NCBI GenBank assembly: GCA_035573715.1
Contig: DATLZZ010000022.1
Location: 3,829 to 67,828 of the forward strand
Source of the DNA: Candidatus Xenobia bacterium
GTDB lineage: Bacteria; Acidobacteriota; Terriglobia; Acidiferrales; 2-02-FULL-67-57
Direction of reading: 5' to 3'
Length of the DNA: 64,000 bases
In this document: positions 27,784-36,649 of the stretch, in pieces
How positions within the stretch are numbered: the first letter of the stretch is position 1
Layout of the letters: every line of letters begins with the position of its first letter
Notes under the pieces: model-generated
Told to the model about the DNA's origin: nothing
The model's input: only the letters and a program-made list of their open reading frames with translations
The model's database searches: none
Program-made: the position numbers and the translations under genes

Positions 27784-27942
27784 ATGGGCAAACGGAAAAA
27801 GAAGAAGCTTGACGCGGCTGCGCTGGCGCGCCGCATGGCTCGCGCCGTCGTCGGCCGGCCTCCAAGTGAACGTGTAGTCCCTTCCAAGATAAAGAAGGAA
27901 GGCAAGCACAAGAAGCGCGAACTGGAACGTGAGTTTGACTGA
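27784..27942 (+). CDS. Possible small, highly basic protein (52 aa)
   Basis: ATG ORF not in the track (under 60 aa): MGKRKKKKLD...KHKKRELEREFD. No homology recognised. Confidence 0.25.
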   Translation: MGKRKKKKLDAAALARRMARAVVGRPPSERVVPSKIKKEGKHKKRELEREFD

Positions 27943-27984
27943 GGCGTATCCCCGAGTCGCGGGGTCGCGAGTCGCGGCTGTTCT

Positions 27985-28000
27985 GTCCCCGACCGGGAAC
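27985..28000 (-). other. 6-bp hairpin with a GGUC loop, 15 nt downstream of the redoxin TGA (SECIS-like spacing, or simply a 3' hairpin)
   Basis: Minus strand reads GUUCCC-GGUC-GGGGAC. The loop GU falls at +25/+26 from the U of UGA. Confidence 0.2.
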
Positions 28001-28014
28001 TAGTTCTTCGAGCT

Positions 28015-28509
28015 TCAACCCGGCTTGTAGTCGGGAATGGCCTCGCCGGGCAGGAAGACTTCCATGTCGCCGCCGGTGGAGCGGCTGAAAATTTCGGCAA
28101 TCTTCTCCACGTCGTTGCGCACGAAGCCAATGCTCGAGACTTGAATCGTTCTGTCCGGCCGGATGAGAAACAGCGTCGGCACATTCGTCAACCCGTAGGC
28201 GTTCGAGACCGGATAGCCCTCCTCGTCCAGCAGCAGCGGGAAACTGAGCCCGTACTCGCGCGCAAACTCGCGCGTGGCCGGCGCGTCGTTCTGGGAGACG
28301 CCCCACAGCCGCGGCCCGCCGTTCTGCTTCGCCGCCTGGTGCAGGCGCTCCAGGACCGGCAGGGTGAACCGCGAGGTCGGGCAGCTCACTTTGAAAAAGG
28401 CCAGCAGCACCGGCCCGTCCTTGAGCGCCTCGGTGAGCTCGTAGCTCAGGCCCTGCGTGTCCTTCAGCGTAAACGGCGGCGCCGTCGCTCCGGCGTCCAG
28501 AGCCTTCAT
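28015..28509 (-). CDS. Thioredoxin-fold redoxin (AhpC/TSA-like) with a CPTS active-site motif
   Basis: APPF.L.D..G, LLAFFKVSCPTS, and a cis-Pro region (TNVPTLFLI). ATG at 28509 lies 7 nt after AGGAGG. Stop codon is TGA. Confidence 0.75.
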   Translation of the reverse strand: MKALDAGATAPPFTLKDTQGLSYELTEALKDGPVLLAFFKVSCPTSRFTLPVLERLHQAAKQNGGPRLWGVSQNDAPATREFAREYGLSFPLLLDEEGYPVSNAYGLTNVPTLFLIRPDRTIQVSSIGFVRNDVEKIAEIFSRSTGGDMEVFLPGEAIPDYKPG

Positions 28510-28590
28510 CGAGCTGCCTCCTAAAAGTCGGGCTAAGAAGCGGAACATATCGTACTCGTGGTAGCAGATGCGCCGCAGCGCCTTGGCGAT

Positions 28591-29946
28591 TCAGCGGCGG
28601 CGATCAATTTTTTTGAGCGCCTCCCACGCCGCGATCAGCCACGGGTCGTAGACCGGCCCGTAGGGCGGCGCGTAGCCGAGGTCGAGATGTAGAAAATCGC
28701 CCAGCGCCATCCGCGCCGTGAGCGCCGTGGCCAGTACGTCAACTCGCCGCGCCGCGCCTTCCTCGCCGGCAATCTGCCCGCCCAGCAGGCGTCCGCTCTC
28801 GCGGTCCACCACCAGCGTGGCGCGCAACGGCTGGCCGCCCAGGTAGCGCGCCCGCGAGCGCGTCTCAATCGTCACCGACTCGGCGGTGAAACCGGCTCCG
28901 CGCGCCTCCGTTGTGCTCAAGCCAGTCTTCGCCACCTCCAGCTCAAACACTCTTGTCGCCAACGTTCCCACCACGCCGGGGAAAGTGGCGCGGCCGCCCG
29001 CAGCATTCTCGCCCGCCACGCGGCCCTGTTTGTTCGCTGTGGTGCCGAGCGGCACGTAGGTCGGCCCGCCCGTCACCAGGTGGCGCAGCTCGCAGCAATC
29101 GCCGGCGGCGTAGATGCTCGGCAAGTTCGTCTGCTGCCGGTCGTCGGTGCGAATGCCGCCGGTCGGCCCCAGCTCCACGCCGGCGCGCGCGGCCATGTCA
29201 ACACGCGGCCGCACGCCGGTCGCCAGCACGACCACGTCGGCGGGAAACTCCTGCCGCGGCTCGCAAACCACCAGCAGCGAGCCTTGGAGTCCAGGTTCGA
29301 TGGACTGAACCACAGTTTTCAGCAGCGCTCGCACCCCGTGCTTGGCCAGCCGTTCGTTGACCCAGAAGGCGACGTCGGGCTCCAGGCCGTCGAGCAAACT
29401 CTCGGAGCGGTCGAGCAGCGTCACCTCCAACCCGCGGAGCCGCAGCGCCTCGGCCACCTCGACCCCGATGTAGCCGCCGCCGATGACCACGCCGCGCCGC
29501 GGCTGCTTCTCAACAATGAAGTCGCGTAGCGCCGTCGCTCCTGCCAGGTCGTTGCACGTGAACACGCCCGCGCGCTCCGCGCCGGGAATTTTTTCCGCCG
29601 GCTGGGCGCCTGTGGCGATGATCAGCTTGTCGTAGGGAAGCTCGTACGTCTCTTGCCCAGCACGCACCTGAACCAGCTTGCGACCTGGCACGATCTCCAC
29701 TGCTTCATGGCCCGTGCGGACGTCAATCCCGCGCTTGGAGCGGAAGTAGTCGGCCGTGTAGACGATCAAATCTTCCGGCCGCGACAGAACTCCGGAAACT
29801 AGATATGCGAGCCCGCACGTGCCGTAGGAAACGGCATCGCCCTTTTCGAGCACAACGATCTCAAGCTGCGGGCTGAGCCGCCGCGCGCGGCTGGCCGCGC
29901 TCATGCCCGCCGCCACTCCCCCGATGACTACCAGCCGCTCTGCCAC
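28591..29946 (-). CDS. Pyridine nucleotide-disulfide oxidoreductase, CoA-disulfide reductase / NADH oxidase type
   Basis: VVIGGVAAG FAD motif, single redox Cys in SYGTCGLAY, second GGGYIG dinucleotide motif. GTG start follows GAGGA. Confidence 0.8.
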   Translation of the reverse strand: MAERLVVIGGVAAGMSAASRARRLSPQLEIVVLEKGDAVSYGTCGLAYLVSGVLSRPEDLIVYTADYFRSKRGIDVRTGHEAVEIVPGRKLVQVRAGQETYELPYDKLIIATGAQPAEKIPGAERAGVFTCNDLAGATALRDFIVEKQPRRGVVIGGGYIGVEVAEALRLRGLEVTLLDRSESLLDGLEPDVAFWVNERLAKHGVRALLKTVVQSIEPGLQGSLLVVCEPRQEFPADVVVLATGVRPRVDMAARAGVELGPTGGIRTDDRQQTNLPSIYAAGDCCELRHLVTGGPTYVPLGTTANKQGRVAGENAAGGRATFPGVVGTLATRVFELEVAKTGLSTTEARGAGFTAESVTIETRSRARYLGGQPLRATLVVDRESGRLLGGQIAGEEGAARRVDVLATALTARMALGDFLHLDLGYAPPYGPVYDPWLIAAWEALKKIDRRR

Positions 29947-29982
29947 TCGTCCTCGCTTCAGGGTTATGTCGATGGGTTGCCC

Positions 29983-30011
29983 ATCTTACGGCATGCAGCG
30001 CGGAGTGGAAA
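29983..30011 (-). promoter_or_regulatory. Putative promoter (TTTCCA-N17-TAAGAT) for the CoADR/Nox-like gene
   Basis: Read by eye on the minus strand. Confidence 0.3.
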
Positions 30012-30017
30012 GGGCGG

Positions 30018-31274
30018 CTAGTGGATGCGCTTCGACTTCCGGTTCACGTAGTCGAGCAGCAGGTACTGGCCCAGCGTGCTCGGCGTCGTGAAGTAGGCCT
30101 TGCCGCGGGCGATGGCGCACACTTGGTGCACGAAGTGCACCAGGCTGTAGTCGCTGGCCAGCATGAAGGTGTTGATGATGACGCCCGAGCGCCGGCAGCG
30201 CGCCACCTCCTTCAGCGTCTCGCTCACCACCAGCGGGTCGAGCCCGAAGGCGTTCTTGTAGAGGCGCCCGTCCTCCAGCGTCAGCGCCGAGGGCTTCCCG
30301 TCGGTAATGAGAATAATCTGCCGCATGTCTTTGTTCTCGGCGTCGAGCAGGCGCCGCGCCAGCCGTAGTCCTTCGCGCGTGTTGGTGTAGTAGGGGCCGA
30401 CCTGCACGCGCGCCAGTTGCCCGAGCGGCATCTCTTCGGCCGAATCGTGGAACAGCACCAGGTGCAGCGAGTCGCCCGGATACTGCGTGCGAATGAGGTG
30501 CGCCAGCGCCAGAGCCACTTTCTTCGCCGGGGTGAAGCGGTCTTCGCCGTAGAGAATCATGCTGTGGCTGCAATCGAGCAGCAGCACCGTCGCGCAGGAG
30601 CTGTGGTACTCGGACTGATGCACCTGCAAATCAGGATAATCGAGGTCGAGCGGAAAACTCAGCGCCGCGCGGCCCTCGGCGAGCCGCCGCTTGATGCTCT
30701 GGCCAAGCGTGGCCGTGATGTCGAGGTTCAAGTGGTCGCCGAACTCGTAGATCTTGGATGCGCCCACCACTTCGACGCCCGTGGCCAGCTCCTTGGTGTC
30801 GTGCCGGCCGAAGCTGGATTTGCCCAGCGCCCCCAGCAGCTCCTTGAGCTGCTTGTAGCCGAGGAAATCGAGCGCCTTGTCGGTCAACTCGAACCGCACC
30901 TGCTTCGGGTCGAACTCCTCCACCTGACCTTGCGGCGCGGGCGACGGCGGCTGGTTCACTCGGATGTGGCCTTCCTCCATCATCCGCTCCATCAGGTTTT
31001 GCAAGAACTGGTTCAGCAACTCGTCGGCCTGCTCGGGATTTTCCTGCATCGCCTGCTGCAGCTCCGCCGGCAGCATATCGTTCGCTTCCAGCGCCTCGAG
31101 GATGGCCTGGCGAAGTTGCTCGAGGGTGCGCTCGGTGTCGAGCTCGTGGATGCTCAGAAACTGCGCCTCGAAGCCGCTTTGCAGAAGGTAGTCCGCGAGT
31201 TGTGAGAGCAGCTCGTCGAGGTCTATGCCATCGGCGTCGGTCGGCGAGTAACGCGAGTAACGGGTGAAGCGCAT
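30018..31274 (-). CDS. VWA domain protein (partner of the upstream AAA+ ATPase)
   Basis: MIDAS motif DCSHSM, followed by [10 protein letters not shown]. 418 aa, 3-nt gap to the ATPase gene. Confidence 0.75.
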   Translation of the reverse strand: MRFTRYSRYSPTDADGIDLDELLSQLADYLLQSGFEAQFLSIHELDTERTLEQLRQAILEALEANDMLPAELQQAMQENPEQADELLNQFLQNLMERMMEEGHIRVNQPPSPAPQGQVEEFDPKQVRFELTDKALDFLGYKQLKELLGALGKSSFGRHDTKELATGVEVVGASKIYEFGDHLNLDITATLGQSIKRRLAEGRAALSFPLDLDYPDLQVHQSEYHSSCATVLLLDCSHSMILYGEDRFTPAKKVALALAHLIRTQYPGDSLHLVLFHDSAEEMPLGQLARVQVGPYYTNTREGLRLARRLLDAENKDMRQIILITDGKPSALTLEDGRLYKNAFGLDPLVVSETLKEVARCRRSGVIINTFMLASDYSLVHFVHQVCAIARGKAYFTTPSTLGQYLLLDYVNRKSKRIH

Positions 31275-31277
31275 GGC

Positions 31278-32753
31278 CTACTGATAGGAGCGGCGCGGGC
31301 GCCCGCCTTCCATGCGCGGGGAGGGCTCCGGCCGCACCGGCTCTTCGGCGTAGAAGCCACGCTCTTCGCTGCGGCTGATCTTTCGGTGCGCGTGCAGGCC
31401 TTCAAGGATGAACTCGCACGCCGCCACTGCCAGTGCGGGGTCGCTCGACGCTGTTACGCCCAGCGTCCCCGCCGCCTCCACCAGCCCTTGAATCTTGCGG
31501 AATTGCTTGAGCAGCTCGGCGCTCGAAGCGTCGTCGCGCAGCTTCAGCGCGCCCCCTAGCTCGAACCACTGCACCACCTGTTGCAGGTTGGAGTCGCGGA
31601 AGTACTGGTCGAAGACCTGCCCAATGGCGTCACGGACGAGTTCGCGCGCCACCTGCTCGGCGCCGCGCACTTCGCCTTCGTATTCCAGTTCAAACTTGCC
31701 GGTCAGCGAGGTCATCGCCGCGTAGACGTCGCCCACTCGCGGCACCGCTTTTGGCTCGCGCGCCAGCCGCGTGCGCCGTTCGGCGTTGCTGGCCACATTT
31801 TCCATCGCCGTGATGGGCATGCGCTGGCTCACGCCGGAGCGCTTGTCGATTTTCTTGTTCTGTCGCGCCTGAAACGCGATTTCCTCCACGATTTCGGCCA
31901 CAAACTTGGGCACCTCCAGCGCCCCCGCGCCGTCGCGGCGCAGCCAGGCCTCCTGCTGCGTGATGCGCAGCCCCTCCTCGCGCGTGGCCGGGTAGTGGGT
32001 GCGCACTTCCGAGCCGATGCGGTCCTTGAGCGGGGTGATGATCTTGCCGCGCGCGGTGTAGTCCTCCGGGTTGGCCGTGAACACCAGGCAGACGTCCAGC
32101 GGCAGCCGCACCGGATAGCCCTTAATCTGAATGTCGCCCTCCTGCATAATGTTGAAGAGGCCGACTTGAATCTTGGCCGCCAGGTCAGGCAGCTCATTGA
32201 TAGCGAAGATGCCGCGGTTGGAGCGAGGCAGCAGCCCGTAGTGAATCGTCAGCTCATCGGAGAGCGCCAGCCCGCCGCGGGCCGCCTTGATGGGGTCGAT
32301 GTCGCCGATCATGTCGGCGATGGTGACGTCGGGCGTGGCCAGCTTCTCGACGTACCGACGGTCGCGCGGCAGCCAGGCGATGGGCGTCTGGTAGTCGCGC
32401 TCCGCCACCAGTTGCCGGCAGGCCGGACAGATAGGGTGGAGCGGGTTGTCGTTGATGGGACAGCCGGCGATGACGGGAATCTCCTCGTCGAGGAAGTTCA
32501 CCAGCGCGCGCAGGATGCGGCTCTTGGCTTGCCCGCGCAGACCCAGCAGGATGAAGTTGTGCCGCGAAAGAATGGCGTTGACGATTTGCGGTGCCACGCT
32601 GTCGTCATAGCCCACGATGCCGGGGAAGAGCTCCTCGCCACGGTCGAGCTTGGCCAGCACGTTCGCCCGCATCTCCTGCTTCACGCTGCGCCGCGCGTAC
32701 ACTTCAGCCAAGCGGCTGCCGCGCAGTTCACCCAAGTTCTGCGGTTTGTTCAT
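31278..32753 (-). CDS. ChlI/BchI-like AAA+ ATPase (Mg-chelatase-like family, non-photosynthetic context)
   Basis: Variant P-loop GLRGQAKS, Walker B GIFAINELPDL, and a Cys cluster (CP...C.AC) inserted after the P-loop. Confidence 0.7.
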   Translation of the reverse strand: MNKPQNLGELRGSRLAEVYARRSVKQEMRANVLAKLDRGEELFPGIVGYDDSVAPQIVNAILSRHNFILLGLRGQAKSRILRALVNFLDEEIPVIAGCPINDNPLHPICPACRQLVAERDYQTPIAWLPRDRRYVEKLATPDVTIADMIGDIDPIKAARGGLALSDELTIHYGLLPRSNRGIFAINELPDLAAKIQVGLFNIMQEGDIQIKGYPVRLPLDVCLVFTANPEDYTARGKIITPLKDRIGSEVRTHYPATREEGLRITQQEAWLRRDGAGALEVPKFVAEIVEEIAFQARQNKKIDKRSGVSQRMPITAMENVASNAERRTRLAREPKAVPRVGDVYAAMTSLTGKFELEYEGEVRGAEQVARELVRDAIGQVFDQYFRDSNLQQVVQWFELGGALKLRDDASSAELLKQFRKIQGLVEAAGTLGVTASSDPALAVAACEFILEGLHAHRKISRSEERGFYAEEPVRPEPSPRMEGGRPRRSYQ

Positions 32754-32797
32754 CCAGCTCTCGCTCCGGCGGGATACCTTGAACCTGCCACCCGCCC

Positions 32798-32806
32798 ATT
32801 ATAGCA
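32798..32806 (-). promoter_or_regulatory. Perfect extended -10 TGCTATAAT for the AAA+/VWA operon
   Basis: Minus strand reads GTTGCTATAATGGGCGGG, about 45 nt upstream of the ATG at 32753. Confidence 0.5.
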
Positions 32807-32851
32807 ACCCCTTGCTTGTTTGGATGCTACACCCGCCCGCCGCGACGGGCG

Positions 32852-32880
32852 TTGACTTGCCGCGCCGCTGCCGGTAGAAC
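32852..32880 (+). promoter_or_regulatory. Putative promoter (TTGACT-N17-TAGAAC) for the SDR gene at 32916
   Basis: Read by eye. Confidence 0.3.
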
Positions 32881-32915
32881 AGGCGGGCATTCATCTCAAC
32901 AGGGAAGGGACTGGA

Positions 32916-33716
32916 ATGAAGCTGGAAAACAAAGTCGCCATTATCACCGGCGCCTCGGAAGGCATTGGCAAGGCCATCGCCGAGCGGTTTGCCCGCGAAG
33001 GCGCTCGCGTAGTGTTAGCGGCGCGCTCGGAAGAGAAGCTGCGCGCCCTGGCCGCCAAGCTGGGCGAGCAGCGTGCGCTCGTCGAGCCCACCAACGTAGC
33101 CGACCCTGCGCAGCTCGAGCGCCTGGTGGGACAGACGGTCGAGACGTTCGGCGGCATCGACATCCTGGTCAACAACGCCGGCTTCGGCCTCTATGCGCCC
33201 GTGCACGAAATGGACTGGGAACACTTCCGCGAAATGTGGGAAGTGAACTTTTTCTCTGTCATCCGATTGACGCGCTTGGCCCTGCCGCATCTGCGCCAGC
33301 GCCGCGGCGCCGTCCTCAACATTTCTTCCGTCGCCGGAAAGATCCCGCTGCCCTTCATGGGCGCCTATTGCGCCAGCAAGTTTGCGCTGAACACGGTTTC
33401 CTCGGCGATGCGGATGGAGTTGAAGCAGGCGGGCGTTCGCGTGGTGGTGGTGCTGCCGGGCCGCGTGGCCACGAGGTTCCACCTGGACGCCTATCGCGAT
33501 GGGAAAGACCTGCCGGGAGTTTTTCAACGGCGGGCCAGCGAAGGCGTGTCGGCTGCGAAAGTGGCTGATGTCGCGCTGCGCGCCCTTCTGCGCGGCAGCC
33601 GGGAAGTGGTCGTCCCCGTCCGTTTGCGCATCGCCATGGGCCTGCGTGCCCTGATGCCCGGAGTGGCTGAGTTGGTCTTGAGCCGGATGGTGAAGACTGA
33701 AACCGCCGACTGGTAG
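32916..33716 (+). CDS. SDR-family oxidoreductase
   Basis: TGASEGIG, NNAG, S...Y-x3-K (YCASK). Confidence 0.8.
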   Translation: MKLENKVAIITGASEGIGKAIAERFAREGARVVLAARSEEKLRALAAKLGEQRALVEPTNVADPAQLERLVGQTVETFGGIDILVNNAGFGLYAPVHEMDWEHFREMWEVNFFSVIRLTRLALPHLRQRRGAVLNISSVAGKIPLPFMGAYCASKFALNTVSSAMRMELKQAGVRVVVVLPGRVATRFHLDAYRDGKDLPGVFQRRASEGVSAAKVADVALRALLRGSREVVVPVRLRIAMGLRALMPGVAELVLSRMVKTETADW

Positions 33717-33719
33717 AGG

Positions 33720-34037
33720 TCAGGCAGAGAGATCGTGGAGGGCTTCTTCCATTTCCATCTTGCTGTGCGCCTCGCCATTCCGCCCGGCCACCTCAATGCC
33801 GCGTTGGAACATCTCCTTGGCTTCTTCGGTGCGTCCCAGGCGCGACAGTAGCAGCCCCGCCTGATGGTAGGCGGCGCTGTAATTGGGATTGAACCCGATG
33901 AGCTTCCGGAACGTCGCCAGCGCGTCCTCGCTCCGCCGGGCGTTGACATACTCCATCGCCAGCCCGTAGTGCGCGAAGGCGTCGGTGGGCCGCTCGCGGA
34001 CGAATTCTTCCAGCATTTCCAGGCGCGACTTCGCCAT
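33720..34037 (-). CDS. Small tetratricopeptide-repeat protein
   Basis: Three TPR-like helical hairpins (A...Y..A..L..LGR.EEA). Confidence 0.6.
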   Translation of the reverse strand: MAKSRLEMLEEFVRERPTDAFAHYGLAMEYVNARRSEDALATFRKLIGFNPNYSAAYHQAGLLLSRLGRTEEAKEMFQRGIEVAGRNGEAHSKMEMEEALHDLSA

Positions 34038-34060
34038 CCCGCTTCCTTTCCTCGAACAGA

Positions 34061-34089
34061 TTGCGAGAGCTTCCGGCAGCCACTATAGT
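34061..34089 (+). promoter_or_regulatory. Putative promoter (TTGCGA-N17-TATAGT)
   Basis: Good hexamers. The -10 ends 25 nt before the ATG at 34115. Confidence 0.45.
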
Positions 34090-34114
34090 ATAGCCCGTTC
34101 AGGTGGAGGTCACG

Positions 34115-34915
34115 ATGAGGAGAGCTCTGACGGTTCTGGCCTTGATATTGATGGCGAGCGCGCTGGCCTGGGCGCAGGGCGCCGCTCAACTACAGGCGGT
34201 GCTGGTTGTCGAAAGCATGATGGACGCCATGGGCGGCCCGGCCGCCTGGGAGAAGGCGCGCTACCTGCGCTTCGACTGGGTGGTCGAGCGCGACGCCAAG
34301 GAAGTCGCGCACGTCAAGCACCTCTGGGACCGCTACGACGGTCGCTACCGCGTCGAGTGGGAAACCCGCGATCACAAAAAGGTCGTCGCCCTCTTCAACG
34401 TCAACAGCCGGGTAGGCAAGGTTCACGTTGACGGCCACGCCGCCGAAGGAGAGGAGTTGCCCAAGTACCTGGAACAGGCCTACGGGCGCTTCATCAACGA
34501 CAGCTACTGGCTGTTGATGCCGTGGAAACTGAAAGACCCGGGCGTGAAACTCGAGTACGTCAAGCAGACCGAGATGGAAGGAAAGAAGTATGACGTGTTG
34601 CACGTGAGCTTCGAGCAGGTGGGGCTTACGCCCGGCGACCACTACTGGGCTTTCATCAACCGCGAGACGCACCTGATGGACCGCTGGGCCTACTTTCTCG
34701 AGAGCTATGTTAAGGACAAGGGTGAACCGGCCCTCGACAAAGCCACGCCCTGGGATTGGCGCGACTGGCGCGACGTCGGCGGCCTCAAGCTGGCCTGCGA
34801 GAAGGTGCGCGTGGGCGAGAACGCCCGCATCCACTTTCCGGTGCTGAAAGTGTTGACGGATGTTGACGTCAGCGTGTTTGAGTCCTTCGAGGCACACTTG
34901 CCGGGCGGAGAGTAG
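34115..34915 (+). CDS. Secreted hypothetical protein
   Basis: Signal peptide MRRALTVLALILMASALAWA. ATG lies 5 nt after GGTGGAGG. No family recognised. Confidence 0.6.
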   Translation: MRRALTVLALILMASALAWAQGAAQLQAVLVVESMMDAMGGPAAWEKARYLRFDWVVERDAKEVAHVKHLWDRYDGRYRVEWETRDHKKVVALFNVNSRVGKVHVDGHAAEGEELPKYLEQAYGRFINDSYWLLMPWKLKDPGVKLEYVKQTEMEGKKYDVLHVSFEQVGLTPGDHYWAFINRETHLMDRWAYFLESYVKDKGEPALDKATPWDWRDWRDVGGLKLACEKVRVGENARIHFPVLKVLTDVDVSVFESFEAHLPGGE

Positions 34916-35445
34916 TGATGGCGAGAAACCGAAAGAGGGCAGGGAAGAAGCGTAGCAAGCGCGAACTCCCGGGTAAACCCGTCAGCGCCTCGCAGTCCGA
35001 AATGGTCGAAGTTGTTCTCCCTCACCACTCCAACCCGCTGGGCAACATCCTCGGCGGGCGGGTGATGCACCTGATTGACATCGCCGCCGCGCTGGCGGCG
35101 CACCGCCATAGCAACAGCCTTGCCGCCACCGTGGCCGTCGACCACCTCGAGTTCCGGGAGCCCATCAAGGTCGGCGAGCTCATCGTGCTTAAGTCTTCTG
35201 TCAACCGCGCCTTCCGCACTTCGATGGAAGTGGGCGTGAAGGTGTTCGCCGAGAACATTCTCACCGGCAAACGCCGCCATACCAGCTCGGCCTATGTGAC
35301 CTTTGTCGCTATTGATGAAAAGGCCAACCCCCGCCCAGTGCCGCCGGTGATTCCCGAAACGCCCGAAGAGGTGCGCCGGTATAACGAAGCCGGCCTGCGC
35401 CGCCAGGCGCGGCTGGCCCGCCGCTTCAAGCATACTGTCAGCTGA
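34915..35445 (+). CDS. Hotdog-fold acyl-CoA thioesterase (YciA-like)
   Basis: LP.H.N..G...GG..M..ID.AA..A A.. pattern. 176 aa. Confidence 0.75.
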   Translation: MMARNRKRAGKKRSKRELPGKPVSASQSEMVEVVLPHHSNPLGNILGGRVMHLIDIAAALAAHRHSNSLAATVAVDHLEFREPIKVGELIVLKSSVNRAFRTSMEVGVKVFAENILTGKRRHTSSAYVTFVAIDEKANPRPVPPVIPETPEEVRRYNEAGLRRQARLARRFKHTVS

Positions 35446-35476
35446 GGTGCGACCCGTGGTCGCTATCGGCCACCCG

Positions 35477-35485
35477 TGCTACAAT
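35477..35485 (+). promoter_or_regulatory. Extended -10 TGCTACAAT for the tRNA-Val/tRNA-Asp pair
   Basis: Ends 10 nt before the mature tRNA-Val 5' end. Confidence 0.5.
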
Positions 35486-35495
35486 TTTTGAGAAC

Positions 35496-35570
35496 GGGCG
35501 GTTAGCTCAGTGGTAGAGCATCCCGCTTACACCGGGAAGGTCGTCCGTTCGAACCGGACACCGCCCACCA
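35496..35570 (+). tRNA. tRNA-Val (anticodon UAC), CCA encoded
   Basis: GGGCGGT acceptor stem, CTTACAC anticodon loop, GTCCGTTCGAACCGGAC T arm. Confidence 0.9.
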
Positions 35571-35594
35571 TGTTGCTGGTTGTCCGACACCCGC

Positions 35595-35671
35595 GGGGAC
35601 GTAGTTCAGTTGGTTAGAACGCTGCCCTGTCACGGCAGAGGTCGCGGGTTCGAGTCCCGTCGTCCCCGCCA
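35595..35671 (+). tRNA. tRNA-Asp (anticodon GUC), CCA encoded
   Basis: Near-identical in the D, anticodon and T arms to the E. coli tRNA-Asp pattern (CTGTCAC loop, GCGGGTTCGAGTCCCGT). Confidence 0.9.
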
Positions 35672-35689
35672 TCTATTTCTGCAAAGGGC

Positions 35690-35718
35690 TTGCTGATCAC
35701 AGGCGCTTGCGGTATGCT
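35690..35718 (+). promoter_or_regulatory. Putative promoter (TTGCTG-N17-TATGCT)
   Basis: Read by eye, upstream of the gene at 35771. Confidence 0.3.
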
Positions 35719-35770
35719 CCGCTGCGGTTGGCAGTTTCCCCCCTTATCTCTCAGAGAGGAGCTTCCCTGA

Positions 35771-36577
35771 ATGAAACGAAGAATGCTTGGTCTGTCCCTG
35801 CTTGCTCTGCTGGCCCTCGGTCTGGCTTTGCCGGCCATGGCGCAGGACTCGCGGGTGTACGTGCGAGTGGAATTGTGGGACGTGAAGCGGGAGAGTTGGC
35901 CCGCATTTGTGAAGGACTACGAGAAGTACGACCTGCCGGTGTACCAGAAGCTCTTGGCCGACGGCGTAATCAACGAGTACGGGATCGATTCCGCCACGCT
36001 GCACAATCCCCAGGGCTACACCCATTCCACCTGGCACGCCGCCACCAGCATGGCGGCGTTTGAGAAGGTGCAAGAGGCCTTCGATGCCGCCGAGAAGGTG
36101 CGGGGCGAGGCGGAGCAGGCCAAGCTTACGGCCGCCTTTTCCGGGATGATCGTCAAGCACCGCGACTACATGCTGTTGATTGAGGCGCAGAAGGCCAAGG
36201 CCGGCAAGCTCGACAAAGCCTACTTCTACGAGACCTCGGTGGCGGTCAAGCCCGGCCAGGGCGAGGCCTACGTCAGCTACTGGAACCAGCACACCAAGCC
36301 CATTTACGAGAAGCTGATGGCCGACGGCGTCGTCCTCGCTTACGGCCGCGGCCGCGAGGAAATCACCACCGACGGCGAAGACCGCCGGGGAAGCTGGTAC
36401 GTGGTAGCCGACCTCGCCGGGCACGACAAGGTACAGGCTGCATTCCGCGAGTCGTGGGACAAGATGACCGAGGAGCAGCGCCGTGCGCGCTGGGCCTCCA
36501 TCCGGGAAGTCACCGAGATGAACTCCTTTCGGGAGAACATGACTCGGCTCATCCACTGGCAGATCACGGCCCAGTAG
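35771..36577 (+). CDS. Secreted protein with two tandem copies of an alpha+beta domain of about 110 aa
   Basis: Signal peptide. Internal repeat V.V.......Y......P.Y.KL.ADGV...YG seen twice. Confidence 0.6.
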   Translation: MKRRMLGLSLLALLALGLALPAMAQDSRVYVRVELWDVKRESWPAFVKDYEKYDLPVYQKLLADGVINEYGIDSATLHNPQGYTHSTWHAATSMAAFEKVQEAFDAAEKVRGEAEQAKLTAAFSGMIVKHRDYMLLIEAQKAKAGKLDKAYFYETSVAVKPGQGEAYVSYWNQHTKPIYEKLMADGVVLAYGRGREEITTDGEDRRGSWYVVADLAGHDKVQAAFRESWDKMTEEQRRARWASIREVTEMNSFRENMTRLIHWQITAQ

Positions 36578-36597
36578 TTCAGTTGCTCTGAAAACAC

Positions 36598-36635
36598 TTC
36601 GGCCCGGGGATTTTCCCCGGGCCGAATGTTTTTTC
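36598..36635. terminator. Bidirectional Rho-independent terminator between convergent genes
   Basis: Perfect 13-bp stem TTCGGCCCGGGGA/TCCCCGGGCCGAA, with T-runs on both strands (TGTTTTTTC and GTGTTTTC). Confidence 0.8.
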
Positions 36636-36649
36636 TTGCGAGCCAGCGG

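Noticed and set aside
24794-28306. 1170-aa ORF on the minus strand, the longest in the track
   Set aside because: It is antisense to the 818-aa gene, runs through tRNA-Sec, and extends into the coding frame of the redoxin gene. Its Arg/Ala/Gly/Pro-rich, low-complexity composition is typical of shadow ORFs in GC-rich DNA. No motif recognised.
27675-32753. Genomic island integrated at selC
   Set aside because: No integrase, no direct repeat of the tRNA 3' end seen downstream, and no compositional shift. The downstream genes look like core redox and housekeeping genes.
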